The notes beneath the pieces are model-generated. The model was given only the letters and a program-made list of their open reading frames with translations. It was not told the DNA's origin and did no database searches. From Candidatus Latescibacterota bacterium (GTDB lineage: Bacteria > Latescibacterota > UBA2968 > UBA8231): a stretch of 64,000 nt of DNA. How positions within the stretch are numbered: the stretch's first letter is position 1; the number at the start of each line of letters is the position of its first letter. Shown piece by piece: positions 26,881-37,389 of the stretch. The stretch is from contig OZ241362.1 in the NCBI GenBank assembly GCA_965200315.1, positions 2,080,001 to 2,144,000 of the forward strand. Reading direction: 5' to 3'. The translations under genes were made by a program, and so were the position numbers.

Positions 26881-29800
26881 AGCTAGTCGAGTTTTCCACT
26901 CGCCGCCGCGTCACGGTGGCGATGCTGATGGTGGCGATCATCGCCTTCGGCGGCGTGGGCTTTTCGCGCCTAGCCGTCAACCTCCTCCCCGACATCACCT
27001 ATCCCACCATCACGGTCCGCACCGAATACGAGGGCGTGGCTCCCCTCGAGGTCGAGCGCCTCATTTCCGAGCCGGTCGAAGGCTTGGTCGGCGTGGTCAG
27101 CAACGTGGTTCGCGTCTCGTCGGTCTCGCGGCCGGGCATCTCCGATGTGGTCGTCGAGTTCGGCTGGGGCACCAACATGGACTTTGCCTCGCTCGACATC
27201 CGCGAAAAGCTCGATTTGTCCAACCTGCCGCGCGACGCCAGCAAGCCCATCCTCCTGCGCTTCGACCCCTCGCTCGACCCCATAATGCGCTTGGCGTTTT
27301 ACGGTGATTTGAGCCTGATGGAGATGCGGCGCGTCGCCGAAGAGCGGCTGCGGCCCGACCTCGAAAGCCTTGAAGGCGTAGCGGCCGTCCGCATCAACGG
27401 CGGCCTCGAAGAAGAAATCCAAGTCGAGGTCGAAGCCCAGCGCCTCGCCTACCTCGGCATCTCCATTGCCCAAGTCACCAGCCGCCTCGCCGCGGAAAAC
27501 GTCAACCTGACCGGCGGGATGCTCAAGGACGGCGAGGCCGAGTTCCTCGTCCGCACCCTCAACGAGTTCCAAGGCATCGACGAGATCGGCGAGATCGTCA
27601 TCGGTCAGATTGACCGCGCGCCGATCAAGCTCAAGGATGTGGGTCGCGTCTTCCGCGGCCACCGCGAGCGCGACCTCGTCACCCGCATCAACGGCCGCGA
27701 GGGCGTCGAAGTCTCGGTCTTCAAGGAAGGCGACGCCAACACCGTCCAAGTCAGCTCGGCCGTGCAGGAGCGCTTGGACGAATTTCTCGCCGAGAATGCC
27801 ACGCTGCTGCAAGACAGCGGCATGGACGTGGTTTTCAACCAAGCGACCTTCATCCAGCAGGCCGTTGACGAGGTGCTCAACACCGCCATTATCGGGGGCA
27901 TCCTCGCGGTCATCGTGCTCTTCCTCTTCCTCCGCGACCTCAAAAGCACCGCCATCATCGGCCTCTCGATTCCTCTCTCGGTGGTGGCGACCTTTTTCCT
28001 GATGTTCGGCTCAGACGTAAGCCTCAATATCATGTCGCTGGGCGGGCTGGCTTTGGGGGTCGGGATGCTGGTTGACAACTCCATTGTGGTCTTGGAAAGC
28101 GTGCAGCGCTACCGAGACCAAGGGCTTAACGTCTTAGCCGCGGCCGTGCGCGGTGCCAGCGAGGTTGGCCGCGCCGTCATCGCCGCCACCACCACCACCA
28201 TCTGCGTGTTTTTGCCCATCGTCTTCGTCGAGGGCGTTGCCGGCCAGCTCTTCCGCGATCAAGCCCTGACCGTCACCTATTCGCTGGTCGCCTCGCTGGT
28301 GGTCGCCTTGATGCTGATCCCCATGCTCTCGTCGCTGAGCCTCAAAAGCATGATTGCCGAGCGCGAAGAGATCGGTCCCAAACGCGGCCTCCAAGGCCCC
28401 GCGCTGCTCATCCGCCTGATCCGCGCCCTAGCGCACGGTGCTGGCCGCGTCTTCTCCATCCTGCTCTTCCCCCTGTACTGGCTGTTCGACCTCGTCTTCA
28501 ACGCGCTCAACAAAGCGTATCCGCTCCTCTTGAGCTGGGCGCTGCGCTGGCGTCTGATCGTCCTCGCCATCTTTATTGTGATAGGGGCCTTAGTCCTCGA
28601 ACGAGCGCGCGGCCTAGGGCTGGAGTTGATCCCAGAGATGAGCCAAGGCGAATTCCTCGTCGATTTGGAATGGCGCGCAGGCACCCCGCTGGAGCAAACC
28701 GCCACCCAAGTCGCCGCCATGGACCGGCAGGTGCGCGGTCTCGATGGCATCGTCTCGGTCTTTGCCCTCGTCGGCAGCAGCGCCCAAGCTGGTGGCACGG
28801 CTGCCGACAAAAAGGAACACACCGCCCACCTCCACGTACGGCTCGCGCCCGAGGTTAGCGAAGAGGCCGCCATCGAAGCCGTGCGCGATCTTCTCGGGAA
28901 TATCCCCGAGCTGAAGTACAAATTTTCGCGGCCCGCTTATTTTTCCTTCCGCACCCCGGTAGAGGTGGAAATCCGCGGCTACAGTCTGAGCACCCTCGAG
29001 CTGTTGGCCAGCGAAGCCGTCGAGCGCCTGCACACCATTCCCGGTCTGACCGACATCCGTTCAAGCACGGCCGGCGGCCAACCCGAAGTCCAGATCTTCT
29101 TCGACCGCCGGCGCGTCGCCGAGCTGGGCACCACCGTGCAGAATATCGGCGAGTTGTTGCGCAACAAGCTACAAGGCGATGTCGCCACCGAGCTGGCGCG
29201 CCGCGACCGCAAGGTCGATATCCGGGTCCGCGCCCTCGACGAGGAGCGCCAGACCGTCGCCGACCTCAAGCAGATGGTCGTCAGCCCAGCCTCCTACCCG
29301 GTGCCGGTCGCCCTCGAATCGGTCGCCGAAGTCCGAGCCGTGGACGGCCCCGCCGAGATCCGCCGCCTCGACCAAGAGCGCGTCGCCGTCATCTCGGCCA
29401 ACCTCGACGGCCGCGATCTAGGTGGCGTAGTAGCGGAGATTGAAGCCGCCCTCGCCGGCTTGCCCCTGCCCGAGGGCTTCACCGTGTCGATCGGCGGCCA
29501 GAACGAGGAAATGGTCCGCTCCTTTGACAGCATGAAATTCGCCCTGTTGCTGGCCGTGTTCTTGGTCTATTTGGTGATGGCCTCGCAATTTGAATCGCTT
29601 TTGCACCCGCTGGTCATCATGTTCACCATTCCCCTCGGGCTGATCGGCAGCGCCCTCGGCCTGCTCGCGACCGGCACCACCATCAGCGTGGTGGTGCTCA
29701 TTGGTCTGATCATGCTCGCCGGTATTGTCGTCAACAACGCCATCGTGCTCGTCGATTACATTAACCGTCTGCGCCGCGACGAGGGCATGGAAAAATTCGC

Positions 29801-30017
29801 CGCGGTGTTGCGCGCCGGCACGGTGCGCTTCCGACCCATTCTAATGACTACCTCAACCACCGTCCTCGGGCTGTTGCCCATGGCCTTGGGGTTGGGCGAG
29901 GGGGCCGAGATCCGCACGCCCATGGCCATTACCGTCATCGGCGGGCTTTTGGTATCCACCCTGCTAACTCTGGTGCTCATTCCCGTGGTCTATACCCTGA
30001 TGGATCGCAGCGCTTAG
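26877..30017 (+). CDS. RND efflux permease (AcrB/AcrD/AcrF family)
   Basis: 1046 aa; GMLVDNSIVVLE, GIVVNNAIVLVD, RFRPILMT. Confidence 0.92.
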   Translation: MKLVEFSTRRRVTVAMLMVAIIAFGGVGFSRLAVNLLPDITYPTITVRTEYEGVAPLEVERLISEPVEGLVGVVSNVVRVSSVSRPGISDVVVEFGWGTNMDFASLDIREKLDLSNLPRDASKPILLRFDPSLDPIMRLAFYGDLSLMEMRRVAEERLRPDLESLEGVAAVRINGGLEEEIQVEVEAQRLAYLGISIAQVTSRLAAENVNLTGGMLKDGEAEFLVRTLNEFQGIDEIGEIVIGQIDRAPIKLKDVGRVFRGHRERDLVTRINGREGVEVSVFKEGDANTVQVSSAVQERLDEFLAENATLLQDSGMDVVFNQATFIQQAVDEVLNTAIIGGILAVIVLFLFLRDLKSTAIIGLSIPLSVVATFFLMFGSDVSLNIMSLGGLALGVGMLVDNSIVVLESVQRYRDQGLNVLAAAVRGASEVGRAVIAATTTTICVFLPIVFVEGVAGQLFRDQALTVTYSLVASLVVALMLIPMLSSLSLKSMIAEREEIGPKRGLQGPALLIRLIRALAHGAGRVFSILLFPLYWLFDLVFNALNKAYPLLLSWALRWRLIVLAIFIVIGALVLERARGLGLELIPEMSQGEFLVDLEWRAGTPLEQTATQVAAMDRQVRGLDGIVSVFALVGSSAQAGGTAADKKEHTAHLHVRLAPEVSEEAAIEAVRDLLGNIPELKYKFSRPAYFSFRTPVEVEIRGYSLSTLELLASEAVERLHTIPGLTDIRSSTAGGQPEVQIFFDRRRVAELGTTVQNIGELLRNKLQGDVATELARRDRKVDIRVRALDEERQTVADLKQMVVSPASYPVPVALESVAEVRAVDGPAEIRRLDQERVAVISANLDGRDLGGVVAEIEAALAGLPLPEGFTVSIGGQNEEMVRSFDSMKFALLLAVFLVYLVMASQFESLLHPLVIMFTIPLGLIGSALGLLATGTTISVVVLIGLIMLAGIVVNNAIVLVDYINRLRRDEGMEKFAAVLRAGTVRFRPILMTTSTTVLGLLPMALGLGEGAEIRTPMAITVIGGLLVSTLLTLVLIPVVYTLMDRSA

Positions 30018-30027
30018 GAGGTTGGCT

Positions 30028-33000
30028 ATGAACCTGTCGGAATTTTCGCTCAAACGGCCCGTGACCACCCTGATGCTTACCATCTGCGCCTTGGTGGTGG
30101 GTGTCGTCGCCTTAGACCGACTGCCCATAGAGCAGTTGCCGAGTATTTCCTCTTCTGGGATCACGGCTAGAGTCCAATACAACAGCTCCTCCCCCGAAGA
30201 GATCGAGCGCTTAGTGGTCCTGCCGCTGGAGCAGACGCTGGGTACGCTCAACAACATCGACCGCATTAGTTCGAGTTCGGGGCGCAATCAGGGCGAGGTG
30301 CGCGTGGACTTCAAGGCCGGCACCGACATGGACTTGGCCAACATGGAGATGCGCGAAAAACTCGACCAAGCCCGCGCCCTCCTGCCCCCGGACGTCGATC
30401 GCGTCAGCCTGCGCCGCTGGCAGTCCGACCAGCGCGCCATCATAGATGCCAACCTGACTTGGCGCGGCGATGGCGACCGCCTGCTCGACGTAATCCAGAA
30501 GGTTATTGAGCCACGGCTGCTGCGGCTCAATGGCGTCGTCAACGTGGTCATCGACGACTTTGAGGAAAAACAGCTCATCGTCGAGCTGGACCAAGAGCGC
30601 TTGCAAACCCACAACATATCGCTGCCCTCGCTCGGCTGGCAGCTCAACGAGAACAACATCAACATTTCGCTGGGCCGAGTCATGGACGGCGGCCAGCGCT
30701 ACATGGCCCGCGCCATCGGCGAGTTCACCCGCGCCGAGGACATTGCCAGCATGCCGCTTTTGGGCGGCCAGTTTCGCCTCAGCGACATCGGCGAGATCAA
30801 CTACGGCTACCCGGAAAAGCGCCGCTACGAACGGCTCAACGGCACCGATGCGCTGGAGCTAGAAATTTTCAAAGCCTCCACCGCCAACGTCGTCGATGTG
30901 GGCGAAGCCGTCGTCGCTGAGCTGCAGGCGATTGAGGACGAATACGATGGCAAACTCGGAATCTTCATCGACCGCAATCGCGCCGAGTCCGTGCTCAAAG
31001 AAGCCGGTACGCTGGTCAACTCAGCGCTGCTCGGCGCGTTTTTGGCGATGATCATCATATTCGTCTTTCTGCGCAACATCCGCTCGACCATCGTCATCGC
31101 CTTCGCCATCCCCACCTCGGCGCTGTGCGTCTTTATCGGCATGTACGTCGCCCGCGAGGTCTTTGCCTCGACCATCACCCTCAACATGGTCTCGATGATG
31201 GGGCTGATGCTGGCGGTGGGGATGTTGGTCGATCCGGCGGTAGTGGTGCTAGAGAGCATCTTCCGCCGCCGTCAAGAAGACGGCCTCGACGCCGATGAGG
31301 CCGCCCACGTGGGCAGCCGCGAAGTCGGCATGGCGGTGCTCGCTTCGGCGCTGACGACGATCTGCGTCTTCGTGCCCTTCTTCTTTCTCTCCGATGGCCG
31401 CTCGGCCACGTGGATGAAGGACGCCGGAATTGCGATATGCCTCGCCGTGGTGGTGTCGATGATCGTCTCGTTGTCGCTGATCCCGTTGGTGTCCTCGCGG
31501 CTGTTCCGCGCCGGGGTTGAGCGCTTCGACCACTGGCTCAAGCTGCTGGTCGTCGCCATCGTCGTGGGCATTGCCTACTGGCAGATCAGCGACCTCGGCT
31601 GGAGCGGCCTACAGGCTTGGTGGGTCCGCTGGTCCGGGCTGATTGCTACCTCAATCGGTGGGATGCAGTGGCAGACCATCCTCAGCTGTGCGCTCGCGGC
31701 GCTGGCCGGGGCCGCGCTCGGCTGGTACTGCTCTCGCCACGGCCTGCGTTCCTCGTATGGCCGCTTGCTCAACTGGACGCTCGACCACCGCTGGGTCGCG
31801 CTGCTGGCCACGGTAGCACTGACCGGCACTGGCTATTACCTCTACAACCAAATCGAGCAGCGCGGCACCCCTTGGACCCCAGAACGCCGGGTGGATATGT
31901 CAGTGATCATCGACCGCAGCTACAGCCTCGATGAGATCCGCGCACACTTTGAACAGATCGAAGACATCATCCTAGCGAAAAAAGACTCGCTCGACCTGCA
32001 ATCGCTCATGACGCGCTTCGGCCAGCGCCGCGGCAGCATCCGCGCCTATCTCATCGATGCCGACGAGGGGCAGCTCTCGACCATGGAGGCCGGCAACGCG
32101 ATCAAGCAGCTACTGCCCGAGAAGGTGGGGTACACGTACAAAATGGGCCGCTCGCGCAGTTGGTCGGGCAACCAACTCGGCGTCGAAGTCCAGCTTCACG
32201 GCCGCGACCCAGAAGTCCTAGCCGTGCTAATGGAAGACGTCAAGGCCGGTCTCGAACAGCTACCCGGAGTCCAAGACGTCGATAGCAGCCTCGAAGACGG
32301 CGAAGATGAAGTCCGCGTCGAAATCAACCGCGCTCAGGCACTCGGCTATGGGCTGTCGCCGCGCGAGGTCGCCCAAGGCATCTCCTCCGCCCTCGGCACT
32401 CGCCGCACCAGCGGCTTCAAAAGCGACGACCGCGAAATCGACATCGTCATGCAGCTCAACGAGGGCGACCGCGCCACCCTCGATCAGCTCAAAAACAGCC
32501 GCTACGAAACCCGCGACGGCACCTCGGTTCAGCTCGCGTCGTTGGCCGACTTCGAGCTTGGCCGCGGCCCCCGCGATCTCAGGCGCGAGAATCGGATGCT
32601 CAACGTCACCGTCTTCGCCAACACCGAAAATCGCAACGCCGCCCGTGCGCTAATGGGACCGATCACCCAGATGATGGAAGGGATGCAGTTGCCCCCCGGC
32701 TACACTTGGGATTTAGGCCGGGCGGCGCGCTGGGAGCGAGAGGAAACCAGCGACAACAACTTCACCGCGATTTTTGCCGTGCTGCTAATCTACCTCATCA
32801 TGGCCTCGCTCTTTGAATCCCTGATCCATCCCTTCACCATCATCTTCGCCATCCCCTTCTCCCTGATCGGCGTGGCCTTGGGGCTGTATGTCCTCGACGT
32901 GCCCTTTGACAACAACGGTGCCTTGGGGCTTTTGATCCTCTTTGGCATCGTCGTCAACAACGGCATCGTGCTGATCGCCCATATCAATCATCTGCGGGCG

Positions 33001-33300
33001 AGCGGGCTATCGCGGCGCGAGGCAATCTGCCTCGGCGGCCAGCACCGGCTCCGGCCCATCCTGATGACCGCCTTTACCACCATCCTCAACCTGATGCCAA
33101 TCGTGCTGCCGATGATCTACGGTACGTCCGAGGGCTTTGCCCGCCGCTGGGGGCCGGTGGGCTTGGTCGTCGCCAGCGGCTTGGCCACCTCGACGGTGCT
33201 GACCCTGATGCTGGCCCCAACTCTCTACTCGCTGTTGGACGATCTGGCGCTGTGGTGCAAGCGGGTAATGCGCGCATCGCACAGCACGGTCAACGCATGA
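30028..33300 (+). CDS. Second RND efflux permease (AcrB/AcrD/AcrF family)
   Basis: AGGAGG RBS, ATG 30028; GMLVDPAVVVLE, GIVVNNGIVLI, RLRPILMT; extra hydrophobic insertion after the first half. Confidence 0.92.
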   Translation: MNLSEFSLKRPVTTLMLTICALVVGVVALDRLPIEQLPSISSSGITARVQYNSSSPEEIERLVVLPLEQTLGTLNNIDRISSSSGRNQGEVRVDFKAGTDMDLANMEMREKLDQARALLPPDVDRVSLRRWQSDQRAIIDANLTWRGDGDRLLDVIQKVIEPRLLRLNGVVNVVIDDFEEKQLIVELDQERLQTHNISLPSLGWQLNENNINISLGRVMDGGQRYMARAIGEFTRAEDIASMPLLGGQFRLSDIGEINYGYPEKRRYERLNGTDALELEIFKASTANVVDVGEAVVAELQAIEDEYDGKLGIFIDRNRAESVLKEAGTLVNSALLGAFLAMIIIFVFLRNIRSTIVIAFAIPTSALCVFIGMYVAREVFASTITLNMVSMMGLMLAVGMLVDPAVVVLESIFRRRQEDGLDADEAAHVGSREVGMAVLASALTTICVFVPFFFLSDGRSATWMKDAGIAICLAVVVSMIVSLSLIPLVSSRLFRAGVERFDHWLKLLVVAIVVGIAYWQISDLGWSGLQAWWVRWSGLIATSIGGMQWQTILSCALAALAGAALGWYCSRHGLRSSYGRLLNWTLDHRWVALLATVALTGTGYYLYNQIEQRGTPWTPERRVDMSVIIDRSYSLDEIRAHFEQIEDIILAKKDSLDLQSLMTRFGQRRGSIRAYLIDADEGQLSTMEAGNAIKQLLPEKVGYTYKMGRSRSWSGNQLGVEVQLHGRDPEVLAVLMEDVKAGLEQLPGVQDVDSSLEDGEDEVRVEINRAQALGYGLSPREVAQGISSALGTRRTSGFKSDDREIDIVMQLNEGDRATLDQLKNSRYETRDGTSVQLASLADFELGRGPRDLRRENRMLNVTVFANTENRNAARALMGPITQMMEGMQLPPGYTWDLGRAARWEREETSDNNFTAIFAVLLIYLIMASLFESLIHPFTIIFAIPFSLIGVALGLYVLDVPFDNNGALGLLILFGIVVNNGIVLIAHINHLRASGLSRREAICLGGQHRLRPILMTAFTTILNLMPIVLPMIYGTSEGFARRWGPVGLVVASGLATSTVLTLMLAPTLYSLLDDLALWCKRVMRASHSTVNA

Positions 33301-33344
33301 AGGTAGGGGCGGTGGACGCCCTAGGCTCTCAATAAGGGGTACGC

Positions 33345-35690
33345 ATGACGGACGCTGAACACAGCACAGCAGAAAACGCAGTGCCGCCTTTTCGCGCCCC
33401 GGTGCCAGCGCAGGTGCGGCGCGAACTAGCCGAGTTAGTAGGCCCCAACGAAGAACTTCGCTTAGCGGTAACCACGGACATTAAGCTCGACGGCCAGTAC
33501 GGCGAGGCGTGGCTCATGGCCACTGACGATCATTTAGTGGCCTTCAGTCCCGACAGCGGTGGACCGCCCGATGTGGTCTGCTTGCCTTTGAACGAAATAA
33601 AGGGCTTGGAAGTGCGCGAGGATTGGGGCACCGCGGCCCTCAAAGTCCGCACTGAAGAGCGGGGCGCGACCATGGCCGTATTCTCCAAGAGCTTGGTGCC
33701 GACGCTGTCCGAACTGCCCAATCAGCTCGAGCGCTTGGTCAAGCAAGCCCAGCCGAGCGAATCCGATGGACAAATGATCCACGGGCGGTTGGCCGGGGCG
33801 CGAGCCGGGCGCAAGCGCTGCGACCGCTGCGGCCAAGTTATCCCGCGCCACTACGGAGTATGCCCGGCCTGCCTAGAAAAGGGCAAGCTGCTGTTCCGGC
33901 TGTTGGGCTATGCCAAGCCGCATTGGAAGCTCATTACCTTTAGCCTGCTGCTCATGGTGGCGGCCACTACCATTGGCCTGAGCCAGCCATTGCTGCTGGG
34001 CATTCTCATCGACGATGTCTTGAATGTCGGTGCCGTTGCGTCTATGAGCGTTGGGACGAGCTTTGACCTGCTCGCCCTTTTGCCGGTGGCCGAGGACGAT
34101 CCGGTCGCGGCGTTGGCCTGGCTAGTGGGCTTGTTGATCGCGATGAACATAATCGTCAGCGGCTTATCGGGTCTGCGCAGCTATATCATGGCCCGCATCG
34201 GCCAGCGCGTCACCTACGGCCTGCGCAACGAGGTGTACACCCACCTCCACGCGCTATCGCTTAGTTATTACAACAAAAACGAGACCGGGCGCATCATGGC
34301 CAGCGTCACCCAAGACGTGGGCCGCTTGCAGGATTTTATCAGCGACGGCCTACAAGAAGCCATCCGCGATGTGCTTACTTTGGTCATCATTTGCATCATC
34401 CTCTTTGTGCTCAATCCCGGGCTGGCGGCCCTCGTGTTGCTGCCGACACCGCTGCTGGTGTGGGCGACGCTGCGCTTTGGTCGGCGGCTACACACCATCT
34501 ACCGGCCGTTGTGGCGTCGCTGGGCCGGCCTGAGTGCCCTGCTCGCCGATACCATCCCAGGGGTGCGCGTGGTCAAGGCATTTGCCCAAGAACAGCGGGA
34601 AGTGGGCAAATTCAAGGGCCGCAGCCTAGACCTGCTGCAAGGCGAACTGCGGGTGGCGTGGATGCGCAGCCTATTCGGCCCGGTCATGGCCTTTATAACC
34701 TCGGTCGGCACCATCATCATCTGGTGGGTCGGTGGGCGCGACATTTTGGCAGGTGAGCTAACATTGGGCGCCTTTGTCGCCTTTACCAGTTACATGTATC
34801 GCTTCTACGGACCAGTGGAGAGCTTGTGCCGCCTCAACCACCGCTTCCAGCGCGCCGCCACCTCGGCTGAGCGCGTCTTTGACGTGCTCGATACCCACCC
34901 AGAGATAATTGACCAGCCCGAAGCTATGATCATGCCGCCTATCGAAGGCCGAGTTGAATTTCGCGGCGTCCACTTTGGCTATGAGGAAGACAAGCCGGTC
35001 ATTGAGGATTTGGACTTCGCCGTGGAGCCGGGCGAGATGATCGGCTTGGCCGGTCACAGCGGCGCTGGCAAGAGCACCCTGATCAACCTCATCTGCCGCT
35101 TCTACGAGCCGCAAGAGGGCGCCATTTTCATCGACGGCCGCGACACCCGCCAAGTGAACCTCAAATCGCTGCGCGAACAGATTGGCGTGGTCTTGCAGGA
35201 CCCGTTCCTCTTCAACGGCACCGTAGCCGAGAACATCGCCTACGGCCATCCCGAATCTTCCCTCGAACAGACCATGGCCGCGGCCAAGGCCGCCAACGCC
35301 CACGACTTCATCATGAACATGCCCGACGGGTACGACACCATGGTCGGCGAGCGCGGCATCCGAGTATCTGGGGGCGAGCGGCAGCGGCTGTCCATTGCGC
35401 GGGCCATTTTGCGCGACCCGCGCATCCTCATCCTCGACGAAGCTACCTCCAACGTCGATACCCAGACCGAAGCGCAGATTCAGGAGGCCTTGGAGCGGCT
35501 GGTCCAAGGGCGCACCACCTTTGCCATTGCCCACCGCTTATCGACCCTCAAAAACGCCCACCGCCTGCTCATCCTCGACAAGGGCAAACTCGCCGAAATA
35601 GGCACCCACGACGAGCTGATTGCGCAGGACGGCATCTACGCCAACTTGTGCCGCCTACAGACTGAAATGTCCAAACTGAGGGCTTGGTAG
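33345..35690 (+). CDS. ABC transporter permease/ATP-binding protein with N-terminal extension and Zn ribbon
   Basis: CDRC..CPAC; ABC membrane domain; GHSGAGKST, VSGGERQR, ILDEAT, IAHRLST. Confidence 0.9.
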   Translation: MTDAEHSTAENAVPPFRAPVPAQVRRELAELVGPNEELRLAVTTDIKLDGQYGEAWLMATDDHLVAFSPDSGGPPDVVCLPLNEIKGLEVREDWGTAALKVRTEERGATMAVFSKSLVPTLSELPNQLERLVKQAQPSESDGQMIHGRLAGARAGRKRCDRCGQVIPRHYGVCPACLEKGKLLFRLLGYAKPHWKLITFSLLLMVAATTIGLSQPLLLGILIDDVLNVGAVASMSVGTSFDLLALLPVAEDDPVAALAWLVGLLIAMNIIVSGLSGLRSYIMARIGQRVTYGLRNEVYTHLHALSLSYYNKNETGRIMASVTQDVGRLQDFISDGLQEAIRDVLTLVIICIILFVLNPGLAALVLLPTPLLVWATLRFGRRLHTIYRPLWRRWAGLSALLADTIPGVRVVKAFAQEQREVGKFKGRSLDLLQGELRVAWMRSLFGPVMAFITSVGTIIIWWVGGRDILAGELTLGAFVAFTSYMYRFYGPVESLCRLNHRFQRAATSAERVFDVLDTHPEIIDQPEAMIMPPIEGRVEFRGVHFGYEEDKPVIEDLDFAVEPGEMIGLAGHSGAGKSTLINLICRFYEPQEGAIFIDGRDTRQVNLKSLREQIGVVLQDPFLFNGTVAENIAYGHPESSLEQTMAAAKAANAHDFIMNMPDGYDTMVGERGIRVSGGERQRLSIARAILRDPRILILDEATSNVDTQTEAQIQEALERLVQGRTTFAIAHRLSTLKNAHRLLILDKGKLAEIGTHDELIAQDGIYANLCRLQTEMSKLRAW

Positions 35691-35744
35691 CACCCCAAAA
35701 ATCCGACTATCCATGCCCGCAAGAGAGAGCTGGTTTTCAAATCT

Positions 35745-36257
35745 ATGCAGCAACGCCACAAATTAGCCGCTGAAGTCACTTATCTCGACCCGGACAAAGC
35801 GCGGTTTTTCGTCGATGCTTTCGAGGACTTGAACCTAGAGTTGGCCGGGGATCAAACCTATTCCAGAATCCGAGTCAAACGGGCTTTTCCCCTGACCTGC
35901 GACGACTGCTTCATCGTCGTCCAAGACCGCAAAGGCAAGGAGATTGGCTCGCTAGCCCGGCTCGACGCGCTCGACCGAGACAGCCGCCAAGCGGTGGAAG
36001 ACGAATTGGAACGGGCCTATTTCATCCCGCGCATCCAGCGCATCGCCAAGGGGACAACGGCCAACCGAGTGCCGCGCTGGGAGGTAGAGACTGACCGAGG
36101 ACCCCGCGCCTTTGAAATCTATTCCGGCCGCCGCGACGTGCGCCTTTTGGGCGATGGACGGATCCTAGTGCAAGACGCCGACGGCAACCGCTACGAGATT
36201 CCCGATTACCGGCGTCTAGATCCAGCGAGCCGAGCCTTGGTCGAGGAAATGGTGTGA
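35745..36257 (+). CDS. DUF1854 domain protein
   Basis: RAFPLT, ELERAYFIPRIQRI, WEVETDRG, DADGNRYEIPD; usual partner of this ABC transporter type. Confidence 0.8.
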   Translation: MQQRHKLAAEVTYLDPDKARFFVDAFEDLNLELAGDQTYSRIRVKRAFPLTCDDCFIVVQDRKGKEIGSLARLDALDRDSRQAVEDELERAYFIPRIQRIAKGTTANRVPRWEVETDRGPRAFEIYSGRRDVRLLGDGRILVQDADGNRYEIPDYRRLDPASRALVEEMV

Positions 36258-36388
36258 GGAGCTATAGACGATAGCGAAATAGGTTCGCTAATTTAGGTAC
36301 CGTCAGAGCCAGCACCTGTCGTGCTGAGCGCAGCGAAGCATCTTCTACCTAATAACACCTGCCTCACCACCCAGCGAAAGGAAAACCC

Positions 36389-37376
36389 ATGCGCCAAGGT
36401 ATATTCAAGTTGTCAATGACCCTAGGCAGAAGCCCGCGCGAGCAACCCGAGCGAGTGAAGATCTGCCGGAAAATGGGCGTCACCGGCTGCGTGACAAAAG
36501 CCGCCTCTCGAAGGGCTCGGCCGCGATCAATACGCCGCGGCCATGCGCCAGCAGCAGGAATGGGCCGAGGCTGGTTTTTCGATTCCCGTGTACGAGACCA
36601 TGACACCCACCCCCTCCCAGCACATCCGCCGAGGCACCCCAGGCCGCGATGAGGAACTATTGGACTTTATCGCCTCAGTAGAGGCCATGGGCCAAGTCGG
36701 CATTCCCGTGCTGTGCTACAACCTCGGCGCGGGCGGCGCACGCACCGATTGGGTGCCCACGCACGGCGGTGCCATCTCCTCGCAATTCGACTACGCGGAG
36801 TCGCACGAGGAGTCGCCTTTGGCCGAGCCTCAAACAGAGGAAGAGCTTTGGGACAACCTGACGTGGCTGCTCGAACGCATCATTCCCGTCGCCGAAAAGG
36901 CCCAAGTCCGCATGGGCTATCATCCCAACGATCCGCCGATTTCGCCCTATCGAGGGTCCGCCCAAATCATGGTCAGTGCCGACGCGTACCGCCGCCTGAT
37001 CAACATCGCGCCGAGTCCCAACAACGGCGTCACATTCTGCCAAGGCAACTTCAAGGCCATGGGCGAGGACATCTACTCGGTGGCGCGGGAGTTCACAGAG
37101 CAAGGCAAGGTTCACTTTATCCACTACCGAGACGTCGAGGGCACCGCGGGAACGCGGTTTACGGAAACCTTTCACGACGACGGTCCCACAGATATGGCGC
37201 GGATGCTGGAAATCTACGCCCGCGCCGGCTTCGTAGGCCCCATCCGCCCCGATCACGCGCCAACGATGGGGTCCGAGGACTCAGAGACGACCCGTGGCTA
37301 CGGCATGTTGGGGAAAATTTTCGCCTTCGGCTACATGATCGGCATGATGCAGGCGCAAAACTTGGCCTACGAATGA
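36389..37376 (+). CDS. uxuA: Mannonate dehydratase-like protein (frameshift in A-run 36496-36499)
   Basis: ORF 36389 (…RKMGVTGCVTK) joins ORF 36543 frame if one A is removed (VTKPPLEGLGRDQYAAAMR); HPNDPP, FCQGNF, HYRDV, RPDHAP motifs. Confidence 0.75.
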
Positions 37377-37389
37377 GGAGGAGCCACGA

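Noticed and set aside
26970-27842. Long antisense or shadow ORFs (also 2701-3381, 20514-21341, 34758-35534, 44846-45742, 49907-50785)
   Set aside because: Expected by-products of high-GC codon bias opposite well-supported genes; no recognisable motifs.
36271-36343. Small hairpin and TGTCGTGCTGAGCGCAGCGAAGCATCT REP-like sequence; also GTAGGGGCG..CGCCCTAG at 33303-33324
   Set aside because: Each is single-copy in the window, so repeat status cannot be shown.
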